Virus record (IMG/VR): IMGVR_UViG_3300036852_000085
Coordinates: 1 to 59,237 of that record
Length of the DNA stretch: 59,237 nucleotides
Reading direction: 5' to 3' (one strand)
Source of the DNA: a virus
Taxonomy: Duplodnaviria > Caudoviricetes
A program made the position numbers and the translations under genes. The notes beneath the pieces were generated by a model. The model was not told the origin of the DNA, searched no databases, and saw only the letters and a list, made by a program, of their open reading frames with translations. Positions within the stretch are counted from its first letter, which is position 1; every line of letters starts with the position of its first letter. Of this stretch, positions 34,132 through 44,649 are shown piece by piece.

Positions 34132-37100
34132 TCATTCCTCCTTCTTCGATGGTGGGTTCAGGTTACGGAAACCGATGGTTTCTATTTCCTTGATGGCTTG
34201 ATCTATGGCTCGGTCCAGCTCAAGCTTGCCTTCCTGGCTCTCGTGCCGATGATTGCGAAGACCCCGAACCTCTTGCAAGAGCCGGAACCCACTCAACTGG
34301 CCCTTCGACCACTTGTCAGCGATCTGAGCCAAGAGAGTCAGCTCAGAGGTGATCCTCTCTTCTCTGCCGGTCGCATCGTGGGTCCGCCTGGCAAGAGGGA
34401 TCTGCTCAAACTTTCGAGCGAGGTCCGCCAGAGGCTTCGGGGTACCAGAAGGAAGGGAGACGGTGCGCTTGGGTGCGTCCATCTCCTTAATGGCATTGGT
34501 CAGCTCGCTGCGCGCCTTACTTCCCTCAGGAAGACGCTCGGTAAGAGTCTTCAGCTCGTCAATCACTTCCTGGGAAGACTTCTTCCCTCGAACGCCATCG
34601 GTAGCGATCCGACCGGCCACGTTGGCCAGGGGCTCGCCGTCAACGTCGAGCTTCCTATCCTCGCCCATATAGCGAAGCGCTTTGCCGACAGCACTGTCTG
34701 GGTGGAACCCAACTTCTCCGCGACCAAACTCACCCCAGTGGTTCTTCAAGATATCTTTGTCAGAGAACTTGCCGGCCTGGATACCCGACTTGCCCGACAG
34801 TCGACGATCTTCCTCGGTGCTGTGGTCCCGGGTGGCCTTCCGGTTCGGCACGATGGTGAACAAGTGCTTCTTCTGGCCGCCTATCTCAACGGCCGCATCC
34901 CAGTCGCGCTTGTTCAGGATCTTCTGGTTGGACTGAGGCTCCAGGGCGCCCGCGTCTGATCGGTTCATCCGTAGCAGCGTGGCATCCTGTTCCTCGCGGG
35001 ACAGGCCTTCCTTGGTCAGCTCATCCCGCAGGTCCGCAAGTCCCACAGACAGGCCTGGACGGCGGGCGATCCTGTTGTAGGCGTTGCGTACCACGTCTTC
35101 CTGTTCAGACGCAGACAGCTTCTTCGCGGCACCCTTGGTCGCCTCGGCCTGGGCGCGCTCAGCGAGCCGACGCGAAGCAATAGAGCGAGCCGACGGCGCT
35201 TTAGCCTCTGGCTCGACCTTCTTCGCAACCTTGGTGGCTTTAGCTGCCTTAGCTGGAGCAGGCGCTTCGGGTCCGATGTTCTTAAAGGTGATCGCGTGGC
35301 TAGGCTCGTCAATTCCGATCTTGACCGCAGCCTCGCGATCACGACGTTGGAGTGCCTTGCGATTGGCTACTGGGATAACTCTGGCACCCTCGGTCTGGCC
35401 TCGTAGACCAAAGTCCACCAGAGCCTTGTCCACCTCTTCGCGCGAGTGCTTGTCGCCCAGCTCGTCCCGAAGATCAGCCAGACCGATGAAGTCGCCCTTC
35501 TTCTTGTTCTGCTTGGCAAGGACGGCGGAGTAAGCCTTCCTGATGTCGTCCTTGACGACGGCGGAAGCCTCAGGTGAGCTTCCCTTTCCTGTTGCCCTCT
35601 CCACCCCACGGCGGGCCAGCTCCCGTTTAGCCATCTCTGTAGCAATGTGATCCACGACTTGTTGCTTGGTCCGCGCCGAGGCCGGGACCTTGATGTTCTC
35701 CGCCTCGGCCTGTTTGCGAAGATCAGCAATGGTGGTCCGGGCAACAGCCTTCTTCAGCTCCTCTGGAGCCTCGATTTTGGCAACGGCCTTAGTTGCTTCA
35801 ATCTTCTTGCTGGCCCGAGTCGTCGTGGCACCTCCCTGCGCGGCCCGGTCCCGCAGGCTCTGCGCAGCTTGCCGATGACTCTCTTCCTGGGTAGTGAAAC
35901 CCTTGATCGCTGCGGCTGTCTCGTCCTCGTTCTTCTTCAGGTCAGCCGCGCTAGGACGGCCCTTGCTGTCCAGCACCTTGCGTCGCGCATCACCGCGCTC
36001 CTTGGCCATGCGGATCTGCGTGCGGAAGTAGTCGGCCGCCTGGTCATGCTCAACAGCGCCGGCCAACATGTTCTGCGGAGTCGGATCCGCTTCAACGCTC
36101 TTCTTGACCCGGGTATTAGTGCTGTACGCCTTCAAGGCGTCCATGGTCTTCCCGGCCGCCGGGGCAGCCTTCTTGGCTGGAACTGTCTCCGTGGACAGTT
36201 TCGGCTCGCGGGCTCGTCGGGACGTCTTCAGATGGGTGGCCAGACGCTTCAGTTCGGCTGCTTCGTGGCGTTGCTGGTCAAGCTGCTTGCGTAGCTCAAC
36301 TTTGCGCTCGTCTGAAGGATTGCCAATGTGGCCACCAAACCGGATCGCCGCGCTGTTCTCTATCGCAGAGACAGCCCTGTCCAGCTCCCGGCCTACCTGG
36401 GCAGGACTCTTCTTGTCTTCTGCCAGGTCCTGGCGAACGGTGTCCAGGATTGCCTTCCGATCCCGCACCACCTTGGGGTCCAGGTGGCCGATAGCCGTCT
36501 CAATGTCAGCACCCTTGGGGATTTCTCCCTTCCCAGCACCCACGGGCTCAACGACAGCCTTACCGACGTTGACCTTTTCTCCGCCCGGCAGTGTGGCCTC
36601 ATGTCCAGTGCGGCCCACACGTACCTTCTCGCCAGCCTTGACTCCTCCGCCGGGGGCTTCGTGAAGCTTCGGGTTGAAGCTGACCGTCTCACCACGCCGG
36701 CCGCCGGGCAGCCCGAGCTTGTTTTCGGTACGTAGCCGAGTCAACTCAGAGTCGATCTTCGACTTGTCGCCAGACCTGACGGCAGCCATCAGCTTCGAAA
36801 CATCAGCGCCAGGAGCGTTGGTCCGCTTGGCCCATGCCGCTACGCGAGATTCCATGGCTGCCGGGCTGGCGTCATTGTCCAACAGGTGGTCCAGCTCGCC
36901 AGCGATGTCTGCAATGTTGCGGGCTTTGTCTATGTTGGCCTGTCGAGAGACGGCAGCGTTCTCAGGACCAGCACCCTCCAGGAACTTGCGGATGTCGTCC
37001 TTGCGAGTGATCTTCGATGGAATCTTGACGTTGCGTTCCCGAGCAATGCGCCGAAGATCAACAACAGTAGCCTTCTCCGGAATCTCTCCACCAGTGCCGG

Positions 37101-39429
37101 CAGTCTTAATCCCAACCTCAGCACCCTTGACCCGCGAAACAGCGTCGTCCACAGCCTTGCGTTCGGCTGGCGACATGTCCTTCAGAACGCTCTCTTTGAC
37201 GTCCGGCCGCAACTTATCCAACAGGTGAGTAGTCAGCCGGTCAGCCGTACTGGCCTTTGGCTCAGTCGGCGTGGCGTTACCACCCTCCAAGTGTGCGCGG
37301 ATGTCGTCCTTACGCGTTAACTTGGAGGGGATCCGAACTCCGCGCTCCTTCGCGATCTGACGAAGCTGAGCAATAGTGGCGTTATCCGGGATGGCCCCGC
37401 TGACGCCCTCGCCCTTAGGCGCTTCAGCCTTGACGGCTGGCGTCCCAGCCAGCTTGAGGAGGTTCTTCTGGGCCTTTTCTCCACCGCTACGAGAGTCATG
37501 CTCGCGAGCCGTGTCAGCCAGGTACTTGACGACGGCAGCCTTGGTACGCACCCTGGCTGGGACTGGCATGTTGGCGTCTGATGCGATCCTGCGCAGCTCA
37601 GGAATCGTCTTCTTGCTCAGTGCTTCATGAACGTCAGGGTTGGTGGGGACTGACGGGGCTTCAGGGCTCGGCGTAGGCGCAGCCTTCTTAGCCACCTTGG
37701 CGGCCGGAGCGTGCGGGGATGGTCGAGCGATGATTGCATCAGCAATTCGAGTAAGGTTGCCATTTTTCCCCGGTTGACGTAGGCGACGGGCAGCTTCAGG
37801 CCGACTGATCTTCTTCCTGGCCACGTCGTTGGCCATCAGCGTCACGCCTGTACGCTCATGGTCGCTCAGGTCTGAGTCCTTGACTCCAGCCTTCTCCAGC
37901 CATACATCGGCAACCTTTTTCGCAGCCTCGTCAGTAGCCGCGTTCTTGGCTTGTGCCTCCTCATTGAACCTGGCGGCCGAAGCCTTGGCTTCCTCTGAAA
38001 CCTTGACCTGCTTGGCGGTCGGAGCAGGAGTCCGGGCCCGGGACTCACGACGGATCTCAGCCTTGTTGGGCATCTCCTCTTTCGAAATGACCTTCGGCCC
38101 ACGTCGGGGAGTGGCCTTCTTGGGAACTTCTGAAGCTGGAGTCTCCGCAGCTTTCGGCGCACCGAGGTTGAACTTCTCCTCGATCAGGTTGGCTAGCGCC
38201 TCCTGGGCCTTGATGTCATTGGGCAGCGGACCTGAGTCCGTGTTGGTCTTGATGTCGTCAGCCAGGGTGCCCTTGTTGTGCTCGATATCCGTGCGCAACT
38301 CACGCAGGGCGTCCTGAGGATGCTTCTTCCCGCTGACGACACCCAGGTAGGCACTGTTCCACTGCTTGCGGCGTGGACCCTCCGTGGGGGACGGGATGTT
38401 GGCATCCTTGACGGCCTGGCGGAAGTCAACCGGGCCAGCCGGAACCTCGGGGACGGCTGGGGCCTGAGGTACGCCAGAAGTTGCGCCCGGCTGAGCGGCC
38501 GGAGCCTTCGTACCCCCAGGGGTGAGGGCTTCAACTACGTTAGGCTCAGTACGTGGAGCTGACACGGGAGATGCTGGACCAGATTGTGTCGGAGCTTGAG
38601 CCGCCGCCGGAGCCGCTGACGGAGCTGCACTGGGAGCTGATGGACCGGATTCTGGCGCACTACCAGGGGTGGCTGGAGCGGCAGGAATCTCGCCTGGCTT
38701 CGCAGGAAGGTTCAGCGGAGCCGGAGCCGGCGGAGCCTCGTGAAGCGGAGTCGACTTCTCCTTCGGAGTCCCGCCAGGAGTAGCCACCGCCATCATGTAG
38801 TAGCCACCCTTGCCATCAGGGGTGACCTTGGTAACGCGCAGGTTCTGATCCGGGGTCAGCATGATCTCAGAGGTCGGGCTGCTAACCTGCGGAACAATCG
38901 CCTTCGTCCCAGCGGGCGTAGCGATGGTCATCTGGATATGCGGACCTGGCCCCGAGGGTGGGTTGGGCGTACCGATGTTGGCGGAGGTGAACCCCGGGTC
39001 ATGGATGAGCTTGCCAGTCAGTTCCTCAACGTTGGCGATGTTGTTTGGGTCTAGCCCGAACGCACTAGGTTCAACGGTCTTGGACAAGATCAGATCGCTG
39101 GGCAGTGGCTCCGCGCCCTTGAGCATCTGCGCTGCCTGCGGGTCAGCCTTGCCAGCCCGCAGGTTCGCGTTGACGTTGGAGAATCCCTTGACGAAGTTCG
39201 TGATCGCTGAGCCTTGATTGGTTCCCAGCCTATTCTTGCGGGACTCGTTGTGGATCCAGCTCTGAGCCTGCGCATCGCTACCGAACGTCTTCGGGTTGAA
39301 GCTGTCCAGGAACTTGGAGATGGCATCAGCGGCAGCCTGGGGCATCCGCCAGGTATTGCGGAAGCGCCCATGACTGTCTCTCGGGTGGAGAAACTCCTCC
39401 CGATCACCCCACGCTGACCCAGCTCCCAT
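34132..39429 (-). CDS. 1765-aa multidomain ('polyvalent') head-module protein
   Basis: HPRDSHGRF N-terminus, VIP2-like ADP-ribosyltransferase fold, four HeH/Rho-N-like repeats, GrpE-like beta domain, two winged-helix-like repeats. Confidence 0.85.
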   Translation of the reverse strand: MGAGSAWGDREEFLHPRDSHGRFRNTWRMPQAAADAISKFLDSFNPKTFGSDAQAQSWIHNESRKNRLGTNQGSAITNFVKGFSNVNANLRAGKADPQAAQMLKGAEPLPSDLILSKTVEPSAFGLDPNNIANVEELTGKLIHDPGFTSANIGTPNPPSGPGPHIQMTIATPAGTKAIVPQVSSPTSEIMLTPDQNLRVTKVTPDGKGGYYMMAVATPGGTPKEKSTPLHEAPPAPAPLNLPAKPGEIPAAPATPGSAPESGPSAPSAAPSAAPAAAQAPTQSGPASPVSAPRTEPNVVEALTPGGTKAPAAQPGATSGVPQAPAVPEVPAGPVDFRQAVKDANIPSPTEGPRRKQWNSAYLGVVSGKKHPQDALRELRTDIEHNKGTLADDIKTNTDSGPLPNDIKAQEALANLIEEKFNLGAPKAAETPASEVPKKATPRRGPKVISKEEMPNKAEIRRESRARTPAPTAKQVKVSEEAKASAARFNEEAQAKNAATDEAAKKVADVWLEKAGVKDSDLSDHERTGVTLMANDVARKKISRPEAARRLRQPGKNGNLTRIADAIIARPSPHAPAAKVAKKAAPTPSPEAPSVPTNPDVHEALSKKTIPELRRIASDANMPVPARVRTKAAVVKYLADTAREHDSRSGGEKAQKNLLKLAGTPAVKAEAPKGEGVSGAIPDNATIAQLRQIAKERGVRIPSKLTRKDDIRAHLEGGNATPTEPKASTADRLTTHLLDKLRPDVKESVLKDMSPAERKAVDDAVSRVKGAEVGIKTAGTGGEIPEKATVVDLRRIARERNVKIPSKITRKDDIRKFLEGAGPENAAVSRQANIDKARNIADIAGELDHLLDNDASPAAMESRVAAWAKRTNAPGADVSKLMAAVRSGDKSKIDSELTRLRTENKLGLPGGRRGETVSFNPKLHEAPGGGVKAGEKVRVGRTGHEATLPGGEKVNVGKAVVEPVGAGKGEIPKGADIETAIGHLDPKVVRDRKAILDTVRQDLAEDKKSPAQVGRELDRAVSAIENSAAIRFGGHIGNPSDERKVELRKQLDQQRHEAAELKRLATHLKTSRRAREPKLSTETVPAKKAAPAAGKTMDALKAYSTNTRVKKSVEADPTPQNMLAGAVEHDQAADYFRTQIRMAKERGDARRKVLDSKGRPSAADLKKNEDETAAAIKGFTTQEESHRQAAQSLRDRAAQGGATTTRASKKIEATKAVAKIEAPEELKKAVARTTIADLRKQAEAENIKVPASARTKQQVVDHIATEMAKRELARRGVERATGKGSSPEASAVVKDDIRKAYSAVLAKQNKKKGDFIGLADLRDELGDKHSREEVDKALVDFGLRGQTEGARVIPVANRKALQRRDREAAVKIGIDEPSHAITFKNIGPEAPAPAKAAKATKVAKKVEPEAKAPSARSIASRRLAERAQAEATKGAAKKLSASEQEDVVRNAYNRIARRPGLSVGLADLRDELTKEGLSREEQDATLLRMNRSDAGALEPQSNQKILNKRDWDAAVEIGGQKKHLFTIVPNRKATRDHSTEEDRRLSGKSGIQAGKFSDKDILKNHWGEFGRGEVGFHPDSAVGKALRYMGEDRKLDVDGEPLANVAGRIATDGVRGKKSSQEVIDELKTLTERLPEGSKARSELTNAIKEMDAPKRTVSLPSGTPKPLADLARKFEQIPLARRTHDATGREERITSELTLLAQIADKWSKGQLSGFRLLQEVRGLRNHRHESQEGKLELDRAIDQAIKEIETIGFRNLNPPSKKEE

Positions 39430-39432
39430 GGA

Positions 39433-42015
39433 TTACGCTACCGACGCTGGTACTGGAGGAGCTGCTACTGGTACTGGTGGAACCTGGGGCACGACGGCCT
39501 CCTTCGGGGCTGGAGCCGGATGATCCGTACCTGAGCCTGGCTCAGATATCACTGAAAACCGGGCATCCAGTTGACGGGCCGCTATCGCGGCCGGAGAGAA
39601 AGGGTCTGCGCTCGGATCGGCCAGGCCGGCGTTGGGGTCCGGGGGCGGCGGGGCACCGGTGATCGGGGGTGTTGCCGGCGGCGCCATGAGAGCCTGCTCA
39701 GCTGCGAAGACCTGCTCCAGCGCGGCGCCGCGTTGCTCCTGAAGTAGCTCTTCCTCGCGCTCCAGAATCTCACGCAACTCCCAGGCCCGGTTTTCCTGGT
39801 CCTCGCTCAATTCCTCTTCCTCTTCTGGAGTGTCAACGAACTCAACTTCCTCGGCACCCTCTTCGTCCACGTCCCACCCGTCCTCGTCTTCGCTGTAGAC
39901 CATGCCGGCGGCGACCAGAGCTAGCTGCTCTTCGTTGTCCATCGCGTATACAGGGAAAGCCGGGACGTTGACGGCCAGGGCGGCGGTCAGCTCCAGGTTG
40001 CCGTTGACGGCCCTCCAGTCACCAGAGATCGGGGAGCGACGCAGCTTGGCCACCTGCTTGCGGGTGGCTTCCGGGACCACGGCACCGGCCAGCCAGATGC
40101 CGTACTGGTCCTCGCCGGCCCGGACTACGGCAACCTCATCACCGGTGTTGTCGTAGTGCAGCGCGGCGGCCGAGTAGCCCAGGTTGATCGAGGCGTGCCG
40201 GGTGTCCTGGACGATCTTGCCAACTCGAATCGTTTCACCCTCAGCCGTGTAGACCTGGCCCAGGTGGTACGGCTCGTAGTTGGCCCGCGACTTCGGCGCC
40301 AGGACGCACTCCCGGTTGCCGACATCGCGGTGACAGACACCCCACGCGGCCAGGTGCCCGTAGACTTGACCTTCTGGGGTGACGGTCAACGGAGTCCGCT
40401 TGGTCAGCTTCGGGTCCGCGAACCAGGCCGCCGGGGGTTCCAGGGGATAGCCATCATCAGACATGGAGTACGAAGCGTCTCCCGCGCTGACGTTGACTCC
40501 GTACTTTTTCAGGGCCGCCACGATGCGACCCTTGACCGCCTTGAGCTGCTCAGGGATATACCTACTGGCATTGCCTGGTTTGTTGATGTAGTTCCACGCT
40601 GCCCGGCAATGCTCTTCGGTGTCAATCGGGTAGCGCTTCTTCTTGTCGGACTGGTAGCCGGGATCGGCGTACTTCACGTCTCCATATGGTTCGGCGGGGT
40701 TCGCCGCGAACTGAGTCATTGCGTGCTGTCCTTCCGCCGCCGCCGCTGCCGCGCGGTCCCAGGGTGCCCTGATGCTGGGGTCATTGAATGCTGTGGCCAT
40801 CTCAGGGTAGATGGCACTGATCACGTTGCGGAGCTGGTTCTTGTCGTCTTCGCTGATGTTGGGCAGCCCACCGTGCGCCCCGGAAATCAGGGCGGCCGCC
40901 GCGTAAATGGCGTGGAAGACCAGCGTCAGCTTCCCGTTGATGATGTCGCCGAACGGTAGCCGGTAGGACTGCACCACGGTGGGCGGTTGGGTCGAGTCAC
41001 GCCACATGAACGCCTGAGCCAGCTTGGCCGGGTCGTTGCCGGCCCACGCCGCGATGCGCTGAATGGCATCGTCGTTGTCGAAAACAGCGTCGCGGGGAGC
41101 CAGGGGCAGTCCGTGCCAGCCGGTGGTGTTGACGGCATACTCAGTGGCCATGGCCGGCTGAAATGGTGCGCCGGGGGGCTCGGTCCTGGTGGTGTCTTCG
41201 ACGTCTTCGGCCATGCAGCCACAGTCTGGGCCTTCTTCGGGATCCATGGACATGTCCATGTCCGGGTCATCAGAATCCCAATGACCATCGGGGTCCAGGT
41301 TGTAGATCCGCATCGAGTCGAAGGCTGGAATGGAGACCAGGGTGGCCCCACCCATGGTGTATTCAGTGGTGTGCTCGATGCCGGTGTTCGGATCCACGGT
41401 GACGTGAACCTGGCCGCCGGGATCCAGGCTCAGACCAGAAATGCCCTGGTCAACCATGTACTTGGCTTCCTTGACCTCGGGCACGATGTCCGGGTCCAGC
41501 CAGTCACCCCAGCCGTAGACAGTGTCCTTGCCGTTCTCGTCAGGTCCGATCGTGTGTCCGAGGATCCGACCTACGGTGACGGCCCCAGTGTGGCCTGGCA
41601 GGGCATGCTTCTGGTACCTGATCGGTAGCGGCAAGGTCCGGCTCTTGATGGCCCCGTGCTCGAAGACGCGCTTGCGTCCGGGCTCACCGGTAATGCGTCC
41701 TATCGGAGCCATGGGCCCGGACCATAGGGCTGGTCCCAGCACTGGCTGGGCCGCCAGAAGAGCGGTTGCGGCGGTGATGGCGTGCTGGTGGGTCTTGATT
41801 TCCAGGCTGCCGTGCCCGGGCGGCCCACCGGTGGCCTGGGTGTGCAGGATATTGCACAGGCCCTTGGGGTTCTTCGGGAAGTACTTGGCCAGGTGGCGGA
41901 CGCAGCGCAGGAAGTCGCCGGCCATGTTCCAGCGGATCTTGGCCGCACCCTTGCCGGCAATCCAGTACCGCTGAAGTGCCAGGGGCATGCCGCGGGCCGG
42001 GTTGGTGTCTACCAT
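39433..42015 (-). CDS. Capsid maturation protease, multidomain
   Basis: Start trimmed to MVDTNP; two protease-like units ending GATLVSIPAF and ALAVNVPAF; YADPGY...RYPIDTEEH.RAAW.Y insert. Confidence 0.82.
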   Translation of the reverse strand: MVDTNPARGMPLALQRYWIAGKGAAKIRWNMAGDFLRCVRHLAKYFPKNPKGLCNILHTQATGGPPGHGSLEIKTHQHAITAATALLAAQPVLGPALWSGPMAPIGRITGEPGRKRVFEHGAIKSRTLPLPIRYQKHALPGHTGAVTVGRILGHTIGPDENGKDTVYGWGDWLDPDIVPEVKEAKYMVDQGISGLSLDPGGQVHVTVDPNTGIEHTTEYTMGGATLVSIPAFDSMRIYNLDPDGHWDSDDPDMDMSMDPEEGPDCGCMAEDVEDTTRTEPPGAPFQPAMATEYAVNTTGWHGLPLAPRDAVFDNDDAIQRIAAWAGNDPAKLAQAFMWRDSTQPPTVVQSYRLPFGDIINGKLTLVFHAIYAAAALISGAHGGLPNISEDDKNQLRNVISAIYPEMATAFNDPSIRAPWDRAAAAAAEGQHAMTQFAANPAEPYGDVKYADPGYQSDKKKRYPIDTEEHCRAAWNYINKPGNASRYIPEQLKAVKGRIVAALKKYGVNVSAGDASYSMSDDGYPLEPPAAWFADPKLTKRTPLTVTPEGQVYGHLAAWGVCHRDVGNRECVLAPKSRANYEPYHLGQVYTAEGETIRVGKIVQDTRHASINLGYSAAALHYDNTGDEVAVVRAGEDQYGIWLAGAVVPEATRKQVAKLRRSPISGDWRAVNGNLELTAALAVNVPAFPVYAMDNEEQLALVAAGMVYSEDEDGWDVDEEGAEEVEFVDTPEEEEELSEDQENRAWELREILEREEELLQEQRGAALEQVFAAEQALMAPPATPPITGAPPPPDPNAGLADPSADPFSPAAIAARQLDARFSVISEPGSGTDHPAPAPKEAVVPQVPPVPVAAPPVPASVA

Positions 42016-42743
42016 CACGCCACCTTCCGGTCCACGATTGTGATGCGGCAGCGACATCCGCACACTTCATCTGCTGGAGCTATTGGATCACCTGGGGTCA
42101 GCATCGGGAAGCCTCCCACTATGAACGGGGAACCCAGGTCCTGAATGTCTCCATCCACAGCCCTGTGGGTATCCCGGACCCGGGGATCATGCTCGGTGTC
42201 CCAGCGCTTGGCCAACGACTTGCCGGTTACTCGGGACTGTTCCATCCCGGCGGCAAGCGTGCCCACGCCGTAAGCCCTCGTCGTCTCGGTTTGTGCGATA
42301 GTCCGAGCCCGAGCAGGCCAGTTCTGCGACCCCGACCAATCGAGTACCAGATCCACCCGGTGCGCAATCTGGTCCACACTCTGACCCGCGTTGATGCCAT
42401 CAGTGATCTCCGCGAACACCAGGTGGTACACCTCATCCGGGATCCGGACCAGGTAGTTACGGGTCTTGGCCAGGGACGCCATGATGAACGCGTGCCGGGA
42501 CACCGGTGGTACATCGCTGGCCTCACTCCACGCCGCCAGGGAGATCTGCCCAATATGAGTCAGGATCGTTTCGACGTCAGCGTTCCAGGTCGCCTGGGTC
42601 ATAGGGATACCTGTTGGCGTGGGCATGACGTGGAACTGGTGGAACGGCTTCATGACCGCTGTCCGGGCCCGGACCAGCCATGCTCGTAGCGACTGCTCCA
42701 CGATTCGCAGCAGGCTCTGCTCGTTTTCATCACGGGTTGGCAT
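42015..42743 (-). CDS. MuF-like minor head protein
   Basis: RARTIAQTE, KRW...D.RVR.TH and PGDP....E..GCRC. Confidence 0.9.
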   Translation of the reverse strand: MPTRDENEQSLLRIVEQSLRAWLVRARTAVMKPFHQFHVMPTPTGIPMTQATWNADVETILTHIGQISLAAWSEASDVPPVSRHAFIMASLAKTRNYLVRIPDEVYHLVFAEITDGINAGQSVDQIAHRVDLVLDWSGSQNWPARARTIAQTETTRAYGVGTLAAGMEQSRVTGKSLAKRWDTEHDPRVRDTHRAVDGDIQDLGSPFIVGGFPMLTPGDPIAPADEVCGCRCRITIVDRKVA

Positions 42744-44646
42744 TCATGAACCCGCGTTCGGTCAATAGATCCCGTAGGCGGTCGATCCGGTGGGGCTTAC
42801 TTTCCAGGAGCAGATCCGTGCAGTATTCGTGCAACGCGGATTGAAGATCATTCGGGTTGACCCGGATAGCCAGTGTTTCCACAGTCTCCCGGAGCTGGTC
42901 GAAGGCTCCGTTAAGCAACGTGCCCGCCCGCTCCCGGCCCGCCACGATCACCTTGGTGTGCAGCTCATGCGCTGGGACGTCCATGTGCTGTCCCCGCGTA
43001 CTGGCGGTCAGGGTGCGCTTGCCGGCCAGTTCCATGGCCCGCATCACGCTGGCATGCGAAGTGACCAGAACAGACCAGGGGTCAGCGACTGACGTTGACG
43101 CAGTGATCCCGCTCGGCGGAGCTGTGGGAGACGGGCCACTGGTCCTGGGCTCGGGGCCGCCAGGAGCGTTGGCCGCCGTGGAGTTGACCGGTACTGGCGG
43201 TGGAGCTGTGGGCACAATGCCGGTTGGCGGTGCCGGTGGGGCTGGTGGTCCTGAACCCTGTTGGCCCTGGATGACGGTGGCAGCCGGCAAGACTTCTTCG
43301 GTATAACCAGCAACCTTGCGAACTGCCGCGTTCTGGAACAGCGTGGGGTCGCGCAGCATCAGCTCCCGGGTGAACCGCATCAGGACTTCCTCGTCGCTGG
43401 GGGCGTCCGACTTGGCGTAGTCGCCGGCCAGTCGAACTGCTTCCGCGCTGACCAGCGGGTAGGGAGCATTGAACAGGTTCAGGGTGTCGGTGAGGCGCTG
43501 TGGCCGGAAAGTCAGGGGTGCTGTGTCGTACCAGAAGATGAAACGGTCCGGGTCTTCCTTGAGGGCTTTGAGACCGGGTTTGAGGTAACCGATAGTGAAA
43601 GCGTCGCAGGCACGCTTCATCAACGGCTCAATATGGATCTTGATCTGACCCTCGATGATCTGCCAGGATCCCCAGTGGTTGGCCCCCGCGACGCCGTTGA
43701 TCAACGATGGGTCGATGTCCATGGCCACTGCGAACCGCTGGATGGCCTCCTTGCGTAACTCCAACGCCTGCTGAGACAGCTCAGAGGTGAACTGGATCAG
43801 ATTGATCTTGCCCAGGGCTTCCAGGGGCATCTCCACGAAGGTGGGCACAACGCCAGCGGCGGTACCCTCACCCTTCAGGGACGCTGACCCGGTCTTCATC
43901 AGAACCTCGGTCAGCCCGGCGCCACCCGTCTCCGTGGAATCCGGGAAGCTGATGTCCTTCGGGATCGGCATCAGGCCGGCTGACACCAGACGCGAGTCGA
44001 TCTGAGCAAACACGAACCGGGTCAGCCGCTCGATTTCCCACAGCATCGGCATCGCGGCCCGGGTTGGCGAATCGGCCCACAGGTTACGCCGGGGGTGAGG
44101 GGTCCACACCCGAATGACAATGTCCTTGTTCTTGTCCAGGACGTCCTTGCTGCCATCGGGATAGAGCTGCATAACGTTGCCGCCCCAACGCTTCAGCTCG
44201 GAGCAGCTCACCACGAACCATTCGTCCGACTCTCCATCTTCGGCCCCCTTGCCGACGATGTAGGCGTCTCCCGCGATGGTCAGGTTGATGCCCAACATCC
44301 GCATGGCCTCGGCTTTGGACGTTGGTGAGCCGAACAGCGTGTCAGCTAGGGCCGCGATCTTCGGCTTCTCGCATTCCTTCTGGATGCGGCCATTCTTGTC
44401 GACCTCAGCAACGTAGATACGAACCTGGGAAAGCGCGGATCCGATCCAGTTGGCTACGAAGCGCAGCTCGCCGATGATGTCGTAGAGACGCCACGCTTCC
44501 TGCTGCCAGGTGTCGTCACCGAACTTGTAGCTGCGCCATCCCTGCCCATCGAGGTTGAGTCGAGCGGCGGAGGCTATGAGACTCTTCGGTGCCGTGTGGG
44601 CCGGTGCGACATCGGGGGTCTTGTGCCGGTCCAGGAATCGTGCCAC
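42730..44646 (-). CDS. Portal protein
   Basis: WQ.EAW..YD.IGEL, RVW.PHPR....ADSP, SRL..AG and NHW.SW; synteny. Confidence 0.9.
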   Translation of the reverse strand: MARFLDRHKTPDVAPAHTAPKSLIASAARLNLDGQGWRSYKFGDDTWQQEAWRLYDIIGELRFVANWIGSALSQVRIYVAEVDKNGRIQKECEKPKIAALADTLFGSPTSKAEAMRMLGINLTIAGDAYIVGKGAEDGESDEWFVVSCSELKRWGGNVMQLYPDGSKDVLDKNKDIVIRVWTPHPRRNLWADSPTRAAMPMLWEIERLTRFVFAQIDSRLVSAGLMPIPKDISFPDSTETGGAGLTEVLMKTGSASLKGEGTAAGVVPTFVEMPLEALGKINLIQFTSELSQQALELRKEAIQRFAVAMDIDPSLINGVAGANHWGSWQIIEGQIKIHIEPLMKRACDAFTIGYLKPGLKALKEDPDRFIFWYDTAPLTFRPQRLTDTLNLFNAPYPLVSAEAVRLAGDYAKSDAPSDEEVLMRFTRELMLRDPTLFQNAAVRKVAGYTEEVLPAATVIQGQQGSGPPAPPAPPTGIVPTAPPPVPVNSTAANAPGGPEPRTSGPSPTAPPSGITASTSVADPWSVLVTSHASVMRAMELAGKRTLTASTRGQHMDVPAHELHTKVIVAGRERAGTLLNGAFDQLRETVETLAIRVNPNDLQSALHEYCTDLLLESKPHRIDRLRDLLTERGFMNANP

Positions 44647-44649
44647 GGG

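Noticed and set aside
33946-34959. 337-aa plus-strand ORF and other long antisense ORFs (e.g. 18733..19608, 40156..40959, 51152..51847)
   Set aside because: Shadow frames of high-GC genes whose opposite strand carries recognisable motifs
38553-38783. Protein-like antisense ORF MELTREMLDQ...
   Set aside because: Lies opposite a Pro/Ala low-complexity linker; no RBS or promoter evident
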